A DNA stretch of 64,000 nt, from positions 4,260 through 68,259 of the forward strand of contig JBAYIY010000003.1 in the NCBI GenBank assembly GCA_041665365.1. The letters are read 5' to 3'. The position numbers were made by a program, and so were the translations under genes. Each line of letters opens with the position of its first letter. Within the stretch, counting starts at the first letter, position 1. The notes under the pieces are model-generated. The model did not search any database. It was not told the DNA's origin and saw nothing but the letters and a program-made list of their open reading frames with translations. Positions 9,531 through 19,564 of the stretch are shown here, piece by piece. Source of the DNA: Patescibacteria group bacterium. Lineage in GTDB: Bacteria > Patescibacteriota > Patescibacteriia > UBA9570.

Positions 9531-10430
9531 ATGTATAAATATATTGCCAGTATCTTGTTCGCAGCCACAGTGGCTGTGCCAGCTTTAGCTAATACACAAC
9601 CGGCCGCAGTGCAGAATGTGGCTGTTGAAAAAAAATTTGCCCATCGGGTAAAACTCGATTGGTCAGATAGTCAGTTAGATACTGTGACCGGTTATCAAGT
9701 GCGCGTCATGAAACAGGCCAATAATCAGTTAGTGAAAAAAGTCCGGACACCAGAATCACAAGTTGTGGTTACAGAGTTACAACCAAACACGGCCTACAAA
9801 ATGCGTATTCGTACTATTGCCAGTGGTGAACTCGGTGATTATTCCGAACCAGTTGAAGTCACAACTAAACCGGTGGCATCTATTACTGTCACAGTTGATG
9901 GGTCTAATGTCAGTTGGGTAGTAGACGGTGATGCGGTGAATGGTTTCAAAGTAGTCTGGTCAAAAAATGAGCATCCAACTTATCCAACCAGAACGGGGGA
10001 TCAATATCAATATGTTAGTGCTGATACTAGTTTGGCTACTTTAACCAGTTTTGATGGTGCCGGTACTTATTATGTGCGGGTGTGTAATTATACTGGTAGT
10101 GGCTGTGGTGTTTATTCCAATGAAGTTACGGTTACTCTAGAGGCAACCAATGAAGTTGAAAGTATAGTTTTGAGTTATGTTGAGGGCAAGAAAGTATCTT
10201 GGGTAGCCGATGGTTATTCTGAGAATGGTTATAAATTAGTCTGGTCAAAGAATCCCCATCCAGAATATCCCACCCGCGATGGTGATTCATACACCTATTA
10301 TGGTGCCGATGCGACCTATGGTTATCTTAATGTCACTGAAGCCGGTACTTATTACGCTCGGGTTTGCACTTATGTAAATGGTGCCTGTGGCGTTTATTCC
10401 AATGAATTAACCTTGGATTTGGTAGAATAA
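9531..10430 (+). CDS. Secreted protein: FN3 domain plus two tandem Cys-paired beta domains
   Basis: Signal peptide; LQPNTAYKMRIRT; repeated VWSKN.HP.YPTR.GD.Y.Y...AGTYY.RVC.Y...CGVYSNE. Confidence 0.7.
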   Translation: MYKYIASILFAATVAVPALANTQPAAVQNVAVEKKFAHRVKLDWSDSQLDTVTGYQVRVMKQANNQLVKKVRTPESQVVVTELQPNTAYKMRIRTIASGELGDYSEPVEVTTKPVASITVTVDGSNVSWVVDGDAVNGFKVVWSKNEHPTYPTRTGDQYQYVSADTSLATLTSFDGAGTYYVRVCNYTGSGCGVYSNEVTVTLEATNEVESIVLSYVEGKKVSWVADGYSENGYKLVWSKNPHPEYPTRDGDSYTYYGADATYGYLNVTEAGTYYARVCTYVNGACGVYSNELTLDLVE

Positions 10431-10454
10431 AAAATAGGAAACAAATATAAATAA

Positions 10455-10504
10455 ACAAAACTAACGTAGGGGTAATTCATGAATTACCCCTACGTTAGTT
10501 TTGT
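10455..10504. repeat. Perfect 50-bp palindrome, REP-like family A (core GTAGGGGTAATTCATGAATTACCCCTAC)
   Basis: Two exact 25-bp arms; 30-bp core identical to 54490-54519. Confidence 0.9.
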
Positions 10505-10531
10505 GTCTCTACTGGTTTTGATATATATTTG

Positions 10532-10595
10532 TTCTTGACCGATTAGAAAATTCATGATATCGTCATCTTGAAAGCGCTGAAAAGGGCGCTTTTTG
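10532..10595 (+). repeat. 64-bp direct repeat, copy 1 (promoter plus hairpin), upstream of TA module
   Basis: Matches 11206-11269 with 3 mismatches; TTGACC-17-TATCGT with extended TG; AAAGCGC/GCGCTTT stem. Confidence 0.9.
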
Positions 10596-10602
10596 TGTTG
10601 TT

Positions 10603-10905
10603 ATGGAATTACATACCAAACCAATTGTTGAGGATTTTATTCAAAACCTAGAAACGTCTACAATGGCTAAAGTTTCTAGAACAATTGATTTATTAGAAAA
10701 ATTTCAATACTCATTAGGAATGCCGCATAGCAAAAGAATTGGCCGTAATATTTTTGAGTTACGAATTAGAGGTAAACAGGAAGTCAGATTAGTTTATACA
10801 TTTAAAGATGATTTTATCATTTTGTTTTATGGATTTATTAAGAAATCTAATCAAATTAATCAACGAAACCTAAACAATATCTACCATTTATTTGACAGTT
10901 TATAA
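10603..10905 (+). CDS. Type II toxin, RelE/HigB (Gp49-like)
   Basis: LGMPHSKRI, IFELRIRG, LFYGFIKKS; toxin-first order before an HTH gene. Confidence 0.85.
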   Translation: MELHTKPIVEDFIQNLETSTMAKVSRTIDLLEKFQYSLGMPHSKRIGRNIFELRIRGKQEVRLVYTFKDDFIILFYGFIKKSNQINQRNLNNIYHLFDSL

Positions 10906-10920
10906 CGTATAAGTTATAAT
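10892..10920 (+). promoter_or_regulatory. Consensus sigma70 promoter for the antitoxin with overlapping inverted repeat (putative operator)
   Basis: TTGACA-17 nt-TATAAT; TTATAAC/GTTATAA at 10900-10919. Confidence 0.75.
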
Positions 10921-10929
10921 CATTCTTAT

Positions 10930-11199
10930 ATGGAATATAAGAAATTTAAAGAAAGAGTATTACGTGATCCTGAGGTAAGAAAAGCCTACGATGCACTGGG
11001 ACCAGAGTTTGCTTTAATTGAATCTTTAATCTCTAAACGTATAGCCAAACAACTCACTCAAACAGCTTTGGCTAAAAAAATTAACACTAAACAATCTGCC
11101 ATCGCTCGGTTGGAGTCTGGGAAGTATAATCCCAGTTTAGCTTTTCTGAATAAAGTAGCCGTAGCATTAGATACCAGAGTAAAAATAACTATTGAGTAA
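10930..11199 (+). CDS. XRE-family HTH antitoxin (HigA-like)
   Basis: LTQTALAKKINTKQSAIARLESGKYNPSL. Confidence 0.88.
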   Translation: MEYKKFKERVLRDPEVRKAYDALGPEFALIESLISKRIAKQLTQTALAKKINTKQSAIARLESGKYNPSLAFLNKVAVALDTRVKITIE

Positions 11200-11205
11200 C
11201 TATAT

Positions 11206-11269
11206 TTCTTGACCGATCATAAAATTTATGATATCGTCATCTTGAAAGCGCTGAAAAGGGCGCTTTTTG
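11206..11269 (+). repeat. 64-bp direct repeat, copy 2, downstream of TA module and upstream of ftsK
   Basis: Matches 10532-10595 with 3 mismatches. Confidence 0.9.
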
Positions 11270-11308
11270 CGTAGACGGCACCTTGAAAATATGATATAGT
11301 CCGAACCT

Positions 11309-13486
11309 ATGGCGAAGAAATCGAAAAGTGGAAAAGCTCGAGCTAGTGAGCCAATGATGGATCAAACCACCCGTCGTGGCGTGTTAAGTATCATTATTCT
11401 GGCCTTAGCTCTCATTACGATCTTGAGTTTATTCGGATTAGCCGGAACCATCGGTGTTTATTTCAATACCGGATTAACCACCGTAGTGGGATTAGGTCGA
11501 TATATAGTACCGATTTTGCTACTCATTGTTGTTTATCATTTATTGGCACCAAAAGACGCCGAATTGGAATTATCTCCATTATTTATCACAGGCATGGTAA
11601 TAATGGCGGTGGGTATCTTTGGCCTAATTGATATTGTTCAACCGCAAGCTGGTGGTTATGTGGGTACGGCTTTAACCTACCTGTTCAGAACTATGGCTAG
11701 TGTGGGGGTGGCGGTGGTAATATTCGTAGCCTTCATTCTCATTTCTATCCTGATTGTCTTTAATGCTTCATTGTTGAATATTATTCAGCACATTCCAGCA
11801 CGTACCATGTTAGGTAAGACACTGCGGTTTGTGGTTGCCTTTTTTGGTAGTGCTCGACAAAGATTAGCCATTGCTAAAGAAGAAGCCATGACTGAGGTCG
11901 AAGCAGTGGAGGAAATTCATGAATTGCCAACTGATGAACCTGAACCAGATTACACAGAAAATAGTGTCGATGCATTGGATGAAGAGATCATTGATACAGA
12001 AGAAGGTAAACAAATGAAACTAGTGCGCATACCAAAACATCATCGCAAGATCGATTTACCTTTAGATTTATTATCTAGTAATAAAGGTAAGCCGACCAGT
12101 GGTGATATTGAACACAATAAAGAGATAATTGTGCGCACACTGCAAAACTTTGGGATTGATGTTGAATTAGGCCCGGTCAGTGTTGGGCCAACTGTGACAC
12201 AATATAGTTTTCGTCCAGCCTCAGGTGTAAAAGTATCCCAAGTTGTTTCATTGCAAAATGATTTAGCTTTGGCCTTAGCGGCTCATCCAATTAGGATCGA
12301 AGCACCAATTCCTGGGAAATCATTAATTGGCGTGGAAGTACCAAATATTAAGGCAGCTCAAGTGGGGTTGCGAGAACTACTTGAATCAGATGAGTTTAGA
12401 CAACGTAAAACCAATCTAACTTTAGTGTTTGGTAAAGATGTCTCTGGTAAAGCCTTTGTTGGTGATCTAGCTGCCATGCCGCATATGTTAATTGCTGGTG
12501 CCACCGGTTCTGGAAAATCGGTTTGTATGAACACAGTGCTGATCAGTTTGCTTTATCAGAACGGACCCGATGATTTGAAGATCGTGTTAGTTGATCCAAA
12601 ACGAGTTGAGTTTAGTATGTACAATGACATTCCGCATTTACTGACACCAGTTATTACGGATGTGCAAAAAACCATCAATGCCTTACAGTGGACGGTAAAC
12701 GAAATGGATCGTAGATACGAAGTCCTCGCTCAAGCTAAAAAGCGTGATATTGCTGGCTATAATACAGCTCATCCTGAGCAAACTTTACCTTATATAGTGT
12801 TTGTGATTGATGAATTAGCTGATCTGATGGCCACAGCACCACGTGAGGTTGAAGCCGCGATTGTTCGTTTAGCTCAAATGGCTCGGGCAGTAGGTATTCA
12901 TTTGGTATTGGCTACGCAACGTCCGTCGGTTGATGTTATCACTGGGTTAATCAAAGCCAATATCACAACGCGCTGTGCCTTTTCAACCGCATCGGTGGTT
13001 GATTCACGCACCATTCTTGATATGTCTGGTGCCGAAAAACTATTAGGACGAGGGGACATGCTTTATATGAGTACCGACTCATCTAAGCCGCGTCGTTTAC
13101 AAGGTGCCTTTGTATCGGAAGAAGAGATTAGTCACGTGGTCACTTACTTAAAAGACAATGGTAAGCCGGATTACGATACTGAGGTGGTGGAACGGGGCAA
13201 GACCGGTGCCTTACCACAAGCCTTTATGGATAGCGAGGCCGATGATGAATTATTACCCGCTGCCAAAAAGGTGATTGTCGATTCACAGAAAGCCTCAGCA
13301 TCTTTACTGCAAAGACGTCTGCGGGTAGGGTATGCCCGAGCGGCGCGCTTACTGGATATTTTGGAAGAGCAAGGTTTTATTGGCCCGGCTGATGGTGCTA
13401 AACCACGTGAAATCATGTCCGTGTCTACTGACACAGATATTCCCACACCTGAAGCAGTTGACGAAGATGACACTACCAACGTTTAA
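11309..13486 (+). CDS. ftsK: DNA translocase FtsK/SpoIIIE
   Basis: N-terminal TM helices, GATGSGKS, IDELADLM, ATQRPSVDVITG, gamma domain SASLLQRRLRVGYARAARL. Confidence 0.96.
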   Translation: MAKKSKSGKARASEPMMDQTTRRGVLSIIILALALITILSLFGLAGTIGVYFNTGLTTVVGLGRYIVPILLLIVVYHLLAPKDAELELSPLFITGMVIMAVGIFGLIDIVQPQAGGYVGTALTYLFRTMASVGVAVVIFVAFILISILIVFNASLLNIIQHIPARTMLGKTLRFVVAFFGSARQRLAIAKEEAMTEVEAVEEIHELPTDEPEPDYTENSVDALDEEIIDTEEGKQMKLVRIPKHHRKIDLPLDLLSSNKGKPTSGDIEHNKEIIVRTLQNFGIDVELGPVSVGPTVTQYSFRPASGVKVSQVVSLQNDLALALAAHPIRIEAPIPGKSLIGVEVPNIKAAQVGLRELLESDEFRQRKTNLTLVFGKDVSGKAFVGDLAAMPHMLIAGATGSGKSVCMNTVLISLLYQNGPDDLKIVLVDPKRVEFSMYNDIPHLLTPVITDVQKTINALQWTVNEMDRRYEVLAQAKKRDIAGYNTAHPEQTLPYIVFVIDELADLMATAPREVEAAIVRLAQMARAVGIHLVLATQRPSVDVITGLIKANITTRCAFSTASVVDSRTILDMSGAEKLLGRGDMLYMSTDSSKPRRLQGAFVSEEEISHVVTYLKDNGKPDYDTEVVERGKTGALPQAFMDSEADDELLPAAKKVIVDSQKASASLLQRRLRVGYARAARLLDILEEQGFIGPADGAKPREIMSVSTDTDIPTPEAVDEDDTTNV

Positions 13487-14141
13487 TCAGCGAGCGGTTA
13501 CCAATAGTGAAACGCTTGGTCAAAAATTGCGTCGTGTGCGTGAACAAAGTCGTTTCACTATTGCCGATATTAGCCAGCGTTTACAGATTAAAGCCGAATA
13601 CTTAACTGCGATTGAAGAGAGTCGGTATACAGATTTACCCAGTGCCGTATTTGTAAAAAATTATGTTCAGCGCTACGTAAAAATATTAGGAGTGAGTTTT
13701 ACTACAGTAGAACCATTGCTATTATCTGAACTAAAAGTTTACGAACGTCAACCAACCATTCCAACCTTAAAACGGTATTTGACCCAACGGCCATTACGTA
13801 TCTGGACAGTTGTCTTTGGGCTGTTAATGCTCTTCGTTGTGCTCGCCATTGGCACATATTTCGCACTGGAAATTAGCCATAGTATTGAGCCACCGGTAGT
13901 AACTTTAGAGACAATGCCGCCTAAAGTTGCCTACGTCGATCGAGTAATAACTGTGGCTGGACAAACCGTTCCGGAAGCGGTAGTGTCTATAAACGAACAA
14001 GTGATTCCAGTATTACCAGATGGTCGTTTTAGCCAACTAATGTCTCTCCAAGAAGGTAATAATATATTAAAAATTGAAGTTAAAACAAAACGCAGTCAGT
14101 CAAACATTCAGTACGTTCAAGTTTACGTTGATAAAAAATAA
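13467..14141 (+). CDS. RodZ-like HTH membrane protein with C-terminal Ig-like domain
   Basis: LGQKLRRVRE...YLTAIEESRYTDLP...FVKNYV (HTH_25), one TM helix; start at 13467. Confidence 0.78.
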   Translation: MTLPTFNQRAVTNSETLGQKLRRVREQSRFTIADISQRLQIKAEYLTAIEESRYTDLPSAVFVKNYVQRYVKILGVSFTTVEPLLLSELKVYERQPTIPTLKRYLTQRPLRIWTVVFGLLMLFVVLAIGTYFALEISHSIEPPVVTLETMPPKVAYVDRVITVAGQTVPEAVVSINEQVIPVLPDGRFSQLMSLQEGNNILKIEVKTKRSQSNIQYVQVYVDKK

Positions 14142-14172
14142 TTAGGTAATTAATCAAACGACAATAAAATTT

Positions 14173-15231
14173 ATGACAAAAGCAACTAAAGTATCAGCTA
14201 ATAATCCAAGACAAAAAGCAGCCGAAACCGCCATTCAGCAGATCCGTGAGCGGTTCGGTGACAGTGCTATTATGAAGATGGGCGAGGCTAGCCAAATGCA
14301 AGTAGAAGCAATTCCAACTGGTTGTATCTCGCTAGATTTAGCCTTAGGCATTGGTGGCGTACCCAAAGGACGCGTGATCGAATTATATGGTCCTGAAGCA
14401 TCCGGAAAAACTACCTTGGCTCAACACATTGTGGCTGAAGTGCAGAAAAAAGGTGGTCTAGCTGCCTTTGTGGATGCGGAACATGCCCTCGACCCGGAAT
14501 ATGCCAAACGCATTGGTGTTAATGTCGAAGAATTATTAATTTCACAGCCAGATAGTGGTGAACAAGCCTTAGACATTGTAGAAACCTTAGTGCGGTCTGG
14601 TGGGGTAGACGTTATAGTGATTGATTCGGTCGCAGCGTTAACGCCAAAAGCTGAAATAGAAGGAGAGATGGGCGATATACAGATGGGTGCTCAGGCTCGC
14701 TTAATGAGCAAAGCATTACGTAAACTTACCCCGATTGTCAGTAAAAGTGGTACAACGGTAATATTTATTAATCAGGTTCGCCAAAAGATTGGTGTAATAT
14801 TTGGCAACCCAGAAACCACGACCGGTGGTACGGCCTTGAAGTTTTATGCCTCAGTGCGCATTGAAGTGCGGCGCTCAGCTCAAATTAAACAAGGGGATAG
14901 AATTATTGGTAACCGTGTTAAAGCCAAGATTGTAAAAAATAAAGTGGCCGCACCATTTAGAACTACTGAGTTTGATATCATGTACAACGAAGGTATTTCT
15001 TTGGCGGGTGATCTACTCGAAACTGGTGTCCAGTTTGGAGTGATCGAGAAATTAGGCAACAGCTATGTGTATAAAGAAGATAAATTAGGGGTGGGTCGTG
15101 AAACGGCCAAACAGTATTTACGGGAACGGCCAGAATTGATGGCTAAAATTAAAGTCGATATTTATTTAGCAGTCGCCCAAGGTGAAAAAGGTGCCATGGA
15201 TACGCCTGACCCTCAAGACGACGAGAAATAA
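14173..15231 (+). CDS. recA: Recombinase RecA
   Basis: [40 protein letters not shown]. Confidence 0.98.
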   Translation: MTKATKVSANNPRQKAAETAIQQIRERFGDSAIMKMGEASQMQVEAIPTGCISLDLALGIGGVPKGRVIELYGPEASGKTTLAQHIVAEVQKKGGLAAFVDAEHALDPEYAKRIGVNVEELLISQPDSGEQALDIVETLVRSGGVDVIVIDSVAALTPKAEIEGEMGDIQMGAQARLMSKALRKLTPIVSKSGTTVIFINQVRQKIGVIFGNPETTTGGTALKFYASVRIEVRRSAQIKQGDRIIGNRVKAKIVKNKVAAPFRTTEFDIMYNEGISLAGDLLETGVQFGVIEKLGNSYVYKEDKLGVGRETAKQYLRERPELMAKIKVDIYLAVAQGEKGAMDTPDPQDDEK

Positions 15232-15235
15232 AAAA

Positions 15236-15272
15236 AAATGCACGGGACGAATAATATTCGTCCCGTGCATTT
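15236..15272. terminator. Perfect inverted repeat (18-bp arms) between convergent genes; REP-like, probable bidirectional terminator
   Basis: AAATGCACGGGACGAATA-A-TATTCGTCCCGTGCATTT. Confidence 0.75.
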
Positions 15273-15293
15273 ATGCGATTTGCCGGTGTGGAT

Positions 15294-15614
15294 TTAAAAA
15301 TTGAATTTCCGGCTGAGGTCGTAAGCGACTGGGATTTTCCAATATTTGCCTTGTAGTGTATTGACGACGGCAATAACATCTAATACTAAGACAACGACGC
15401 CCAATAACCAGCCGATTACTGGAATGACAGAAATGAGTAAGGCCACGAACATTACAGCTCCTTGGCGAGCATGTTCTTGGCAGAACTTACTATCCTTTTT
15501 GGCTAACATTGGAATCAAGAACAAGATGCCAACATAGCTTAAACAAGCCATGACTTTGTTTTCCTCAACATCTTTGGGGTCAAACTTGACCTCGCTCATA
15601 TTTTTGTTATCCAT
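15294..15614 (-). CDS. Small membrane protein, DUF4870-like
   Basis: ENKVMACLSY...KDSKFCQEHARQG...IPVIGW...GKYWKIP. Confidence 0.75.
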   Translation of the reverse strand: MDNKNMSEVKFDPKDVEENKVMACLSYVGILFLIPMLAKKDSKFCQEHARQGAVMFVALLISVIPVIGWLLGVVVLVLDVIAVVNTLQGKYWKIPVAYDLSRKFNF

Positions 15615-15662
15615 AATAATTTGGATTGATTACATTTATTAATAATAATTATTATAACACGT

Positions 15663-17584
<1,922 letters not shown>

Positions 17585-17597
17585 ACGTTTTAGTGGT

Positions 17598-17624
17598 TAG
17601 AGACATACCATGGTATGTCTTTAC
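17598..17624. repeat. REP-like palindrome in groES leader
   Basis: AGACATACCATGGTATGTCT (17601-17620), related to 35507-35534. Confidence 0.65.
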
Positions 17625-17635
17625 AAATTAGCTAG

Positions 17636-17662
17636 TTAGCACTCTCGGTATTTGAGTGCTAA
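17636..17662 (-). promoter_or_regulatory. CIRCE element (HrcA operator)
   Basis: Exact TTAGCACTC-N9-GAGTGCTAA upstream of groESL. Confidence 0.96.
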
Positions 17663-17665
17663 AGT

Positions 17666-17695
17666 AGTGTAGCGAAAGGGGTTACTCCCTGTCAA
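17666..17695 (-). promoter_or_regulatory. groESL sigma70 promoter
   Basis: TTGACA-18 nt-TACACT on minus strand just upstream of CIRCE. Confidence 0.7.
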
Positions 17696-18863
17696 GCCGG
17701 TAAAACCAGCCAATAATTACGCACCAAATGAGGGTTAAACTGGGAATGGTCCAGAAATAATGATCAGTTATACCCAGTAATAATATCGCTAATAATAAGT
17801 ATGCGGCTGGTTTGGAAATGAGCTGGTTTTTATGTAAGATAACGGGGTATAAAATGAACCAATACCAAATAATAGCACCAAATACTCCCAGTTCGCCCAG
17901 AATCATCAGTGTGACATTATGAATTGGAGTTACTGTTTCACTGGTATATTGACCAATGCCAATACCGAGTGGCCAACGTTGTTTAAATACGGTGCTAAAT
18001 TCTTGTATTTGGTCTTGTCGTTCAGTGATAGAATTTTGTTCAACATAATTGGTCGCTGTTATACGGCTATTTATTAGTGGCCAATAAATAATCAAACAAA
18101 TAATTAATACTCCCAGACTACTAATAAGAAAATAAGGATCAATTTTTTTAGCGATAATCATTATTACCAGCATGACACACCAGACTAATAAAGCTGTTCG
18201 AGAAAAAGTTAAAATTAAACCTAATGTCATTACCGCACCAGGTACAGCTAGCCACCAGTATTTTTTCGAGAGATAAGCCGTTGCTATTAAGCATAATAAT
18301 ATTAAACCGCCGGTGATATTAGGGTGAGGCATTAGGCCATAAGCCCGTAACCAACGACCGGAATCTGTTAATACCACCGCCACACCAGAGGTAGCTGGTA
18401 GTTGACTGGCTACCCCGAGCCATTTATTCGGAATAACTTCCTGAAAAATGAATTGACTAATATTTGTAAAAGATTGGATACAACCAATTAAAGTAAAAGT
18501 ACCAAGCAACCAATCAGATTTTAGCGGAGATGTAGCGATAATGGCCATGAGCCATAAACCAAGAGCGAGATGTAGCCAATAATACAAGGCTAGATTTTGA
18601 TCGTGACCAAAATAGCTTGAGCCCGCCGCCACTATTAAAATGGCACATCCCAACAAACTGGCTAATAAATTTGGCTGTAGGGTTGTTTGGTGATACCAGT
18701 ACCATAACCACAACAAACCAACTATGACAATTAATATATCAAAACCATACAGAGCGATAATCGCGAACTGGTTTTGTGAAATTGTTAATATTAGGCGTGT
18801 TTGAAAGGGCAAAAAAAATATTAGGGTATATATGGCGACTTGAAGAACAACTGGTAGTTTCAT
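17682..18863 (-). CDS. O-antigen ligase (Wzy_C) family membrane protein
   Basis: Multi-TM; RAYGLMPHPN, LTFSRTA, GIGIGQY, PIHN...ELG; start at ATG 18863. Confidence 0.8.
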   Translation of the reverse strand: MKLPVVLQVAIYTLIFFLPFQTRLILTISQNQFAIIALYGFDILIVIVGLLWLWYWYHQTTLQPNLLASLLGCAILIVAAGSSYFGHDQNLALYYWLHLALGLWLMAIIATSPLKSDWLLGTFTLIGCIQSFTNISQFIFQEVIPNKWLGVASQLPATSGVAVVLTDSGRWLRAYGLMPHPNITGGLILLCLIATAYLSKKYWWLAVPGAVMTLGLILTFSRTALLVWCVMLVIMIIAKKIDPYFLISSLGVLIICLIIYWPLINSRITATNYVEQNSITERQDQIQEFSTVFKQRWPLGIGIGQYTSETVTPIHNVTLMILGELGVFGAIIWYWFILYPVILHKNQLISKPAAYLLLAILLLGITDHYFWTIPSLTLIWCVIIGWFYRLDRE

Positions 18864-18889
18864 CTTCTTATCATAACACAATCTAACCA

Positions 18890-18958
18890 GAATACACCTT
18901 CCCAACCTTCCTATTGTAGGAAGGAGTAAGAAAGAAAATGTAAACGGAATGGTGTGTT
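18890..18958. repeat. Family B hairpin element (degenerate)
   Basis: CCCAA-CCTTCCTA/TAGGAAGG-AGTAAGAAA; related to 43441-43514. Confidence 0.7.
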
Positions 18959-19440
18959 GCGGGGGTCCTTCGATAAACTCAGGACGAGCTTTTTTTACTC
19001 AATTCCTTAAGTAGGACAATATTTTGTTGAATTAAGGCCATTTTTTTAGCACGTGACCAGCCTTTTATTTGTATTTCTCGTTTATGAGCCATGTCTCTAG
19101 AAGGATATTGTTCTTGATATACCATTCGTATGATGGTGAATTTTTTCGTAAAAAAAGAATCATGGTTTTTGTGTTCAAGAAGACGTTTTTTTATGTTATT
19201 CGTAATACCAGTATAAAATACAGTGTTATCGCATAACAAAATATATAATGTATACATAAAAGTACATAAGTTAAATAATGGTATTAATATTGATATTTTT
19301 CGTCCTCAACTAACCAAGGTATACTCCTGAAATGGCAATATCATTTGGCTAATTGGAGATATTTTTCTTCTATCCCTTCGACAAGCTCAGGATTGAAAGT
19401 TCACACTGAGCGAGCGAAGCGAGTCGAAGTGTTGCGGGGG
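18954..19440 (-). mobile_element. Putative GIY-YIG nuclease cassette at the tRNA-fMet 3' end, with CTTCGA-type repeats and 12-bp direct repeats
   Basis: GTGTTGCGGGGG at 18954-18965 and 19429-19440; CTTCGA(T/C)AA(A/G)CTCAGGA at 18968 and 19376; TCGAAG at 19424-19429. Confidence 0.5.
18979..19257 (-). CDS. Stand-alone GIY-YIG nuclease (YhbQ/UPF0213-like)
   Basis: YTLYILLC...FYTGITNNIKKRLLEH...REIQIKGWSRAKK. Confidence 0.88.
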   Translation of the reverse strand: MYTLYILLCDNTVFYTGITNNIKKRLLEHKNHDSFFTKKFTIIRMVYQEQYPSRDMAHKREIQIKGWSRAKKMALIQQNIVLLKELSKKSSS

Positions 19441-19503
19441 CGGGATTCGAACCCGCGACCTGATGGTTATGAGCCACCCGAGCTTCCACTGCTCCACCCC
19501 GCG
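19432..19503 (-). tRNA. tRNA-fMet (CAT), CCA not encoded
   Basis: CGCGGGG acceptor stem with C1xA72 mismatch, anticodon loop CTCATAA, T-arm GCGGG-TTCGAAT-CCCGC. Confidence 0.93.
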
Positions 19504-19517
19504 ATAAATGTGGCACT

Positions 19518-19557
19518 ATTGTACTGTGGACTAATCGTTATGTCAATGTGCTATACT
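19518..19557. promoter_or_regulatory. Divergent promoters for tRNA-fMet and the ECF-like gene
   Basis: Minus: TTGACA-17-TACAAT (19546-19518); plus: TGnTATACT (-10 at 19552-19557), 7 nt before ATG 19565. Confidence 0.7.
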
Positions 19558-19564
19558 ACACAAT

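Noticed and set aside
14142-14172. SOS/LexA box upstream of recA or uvrA/uvrC
   Set aside because: No known LexA consensus or shared palindrome recognised
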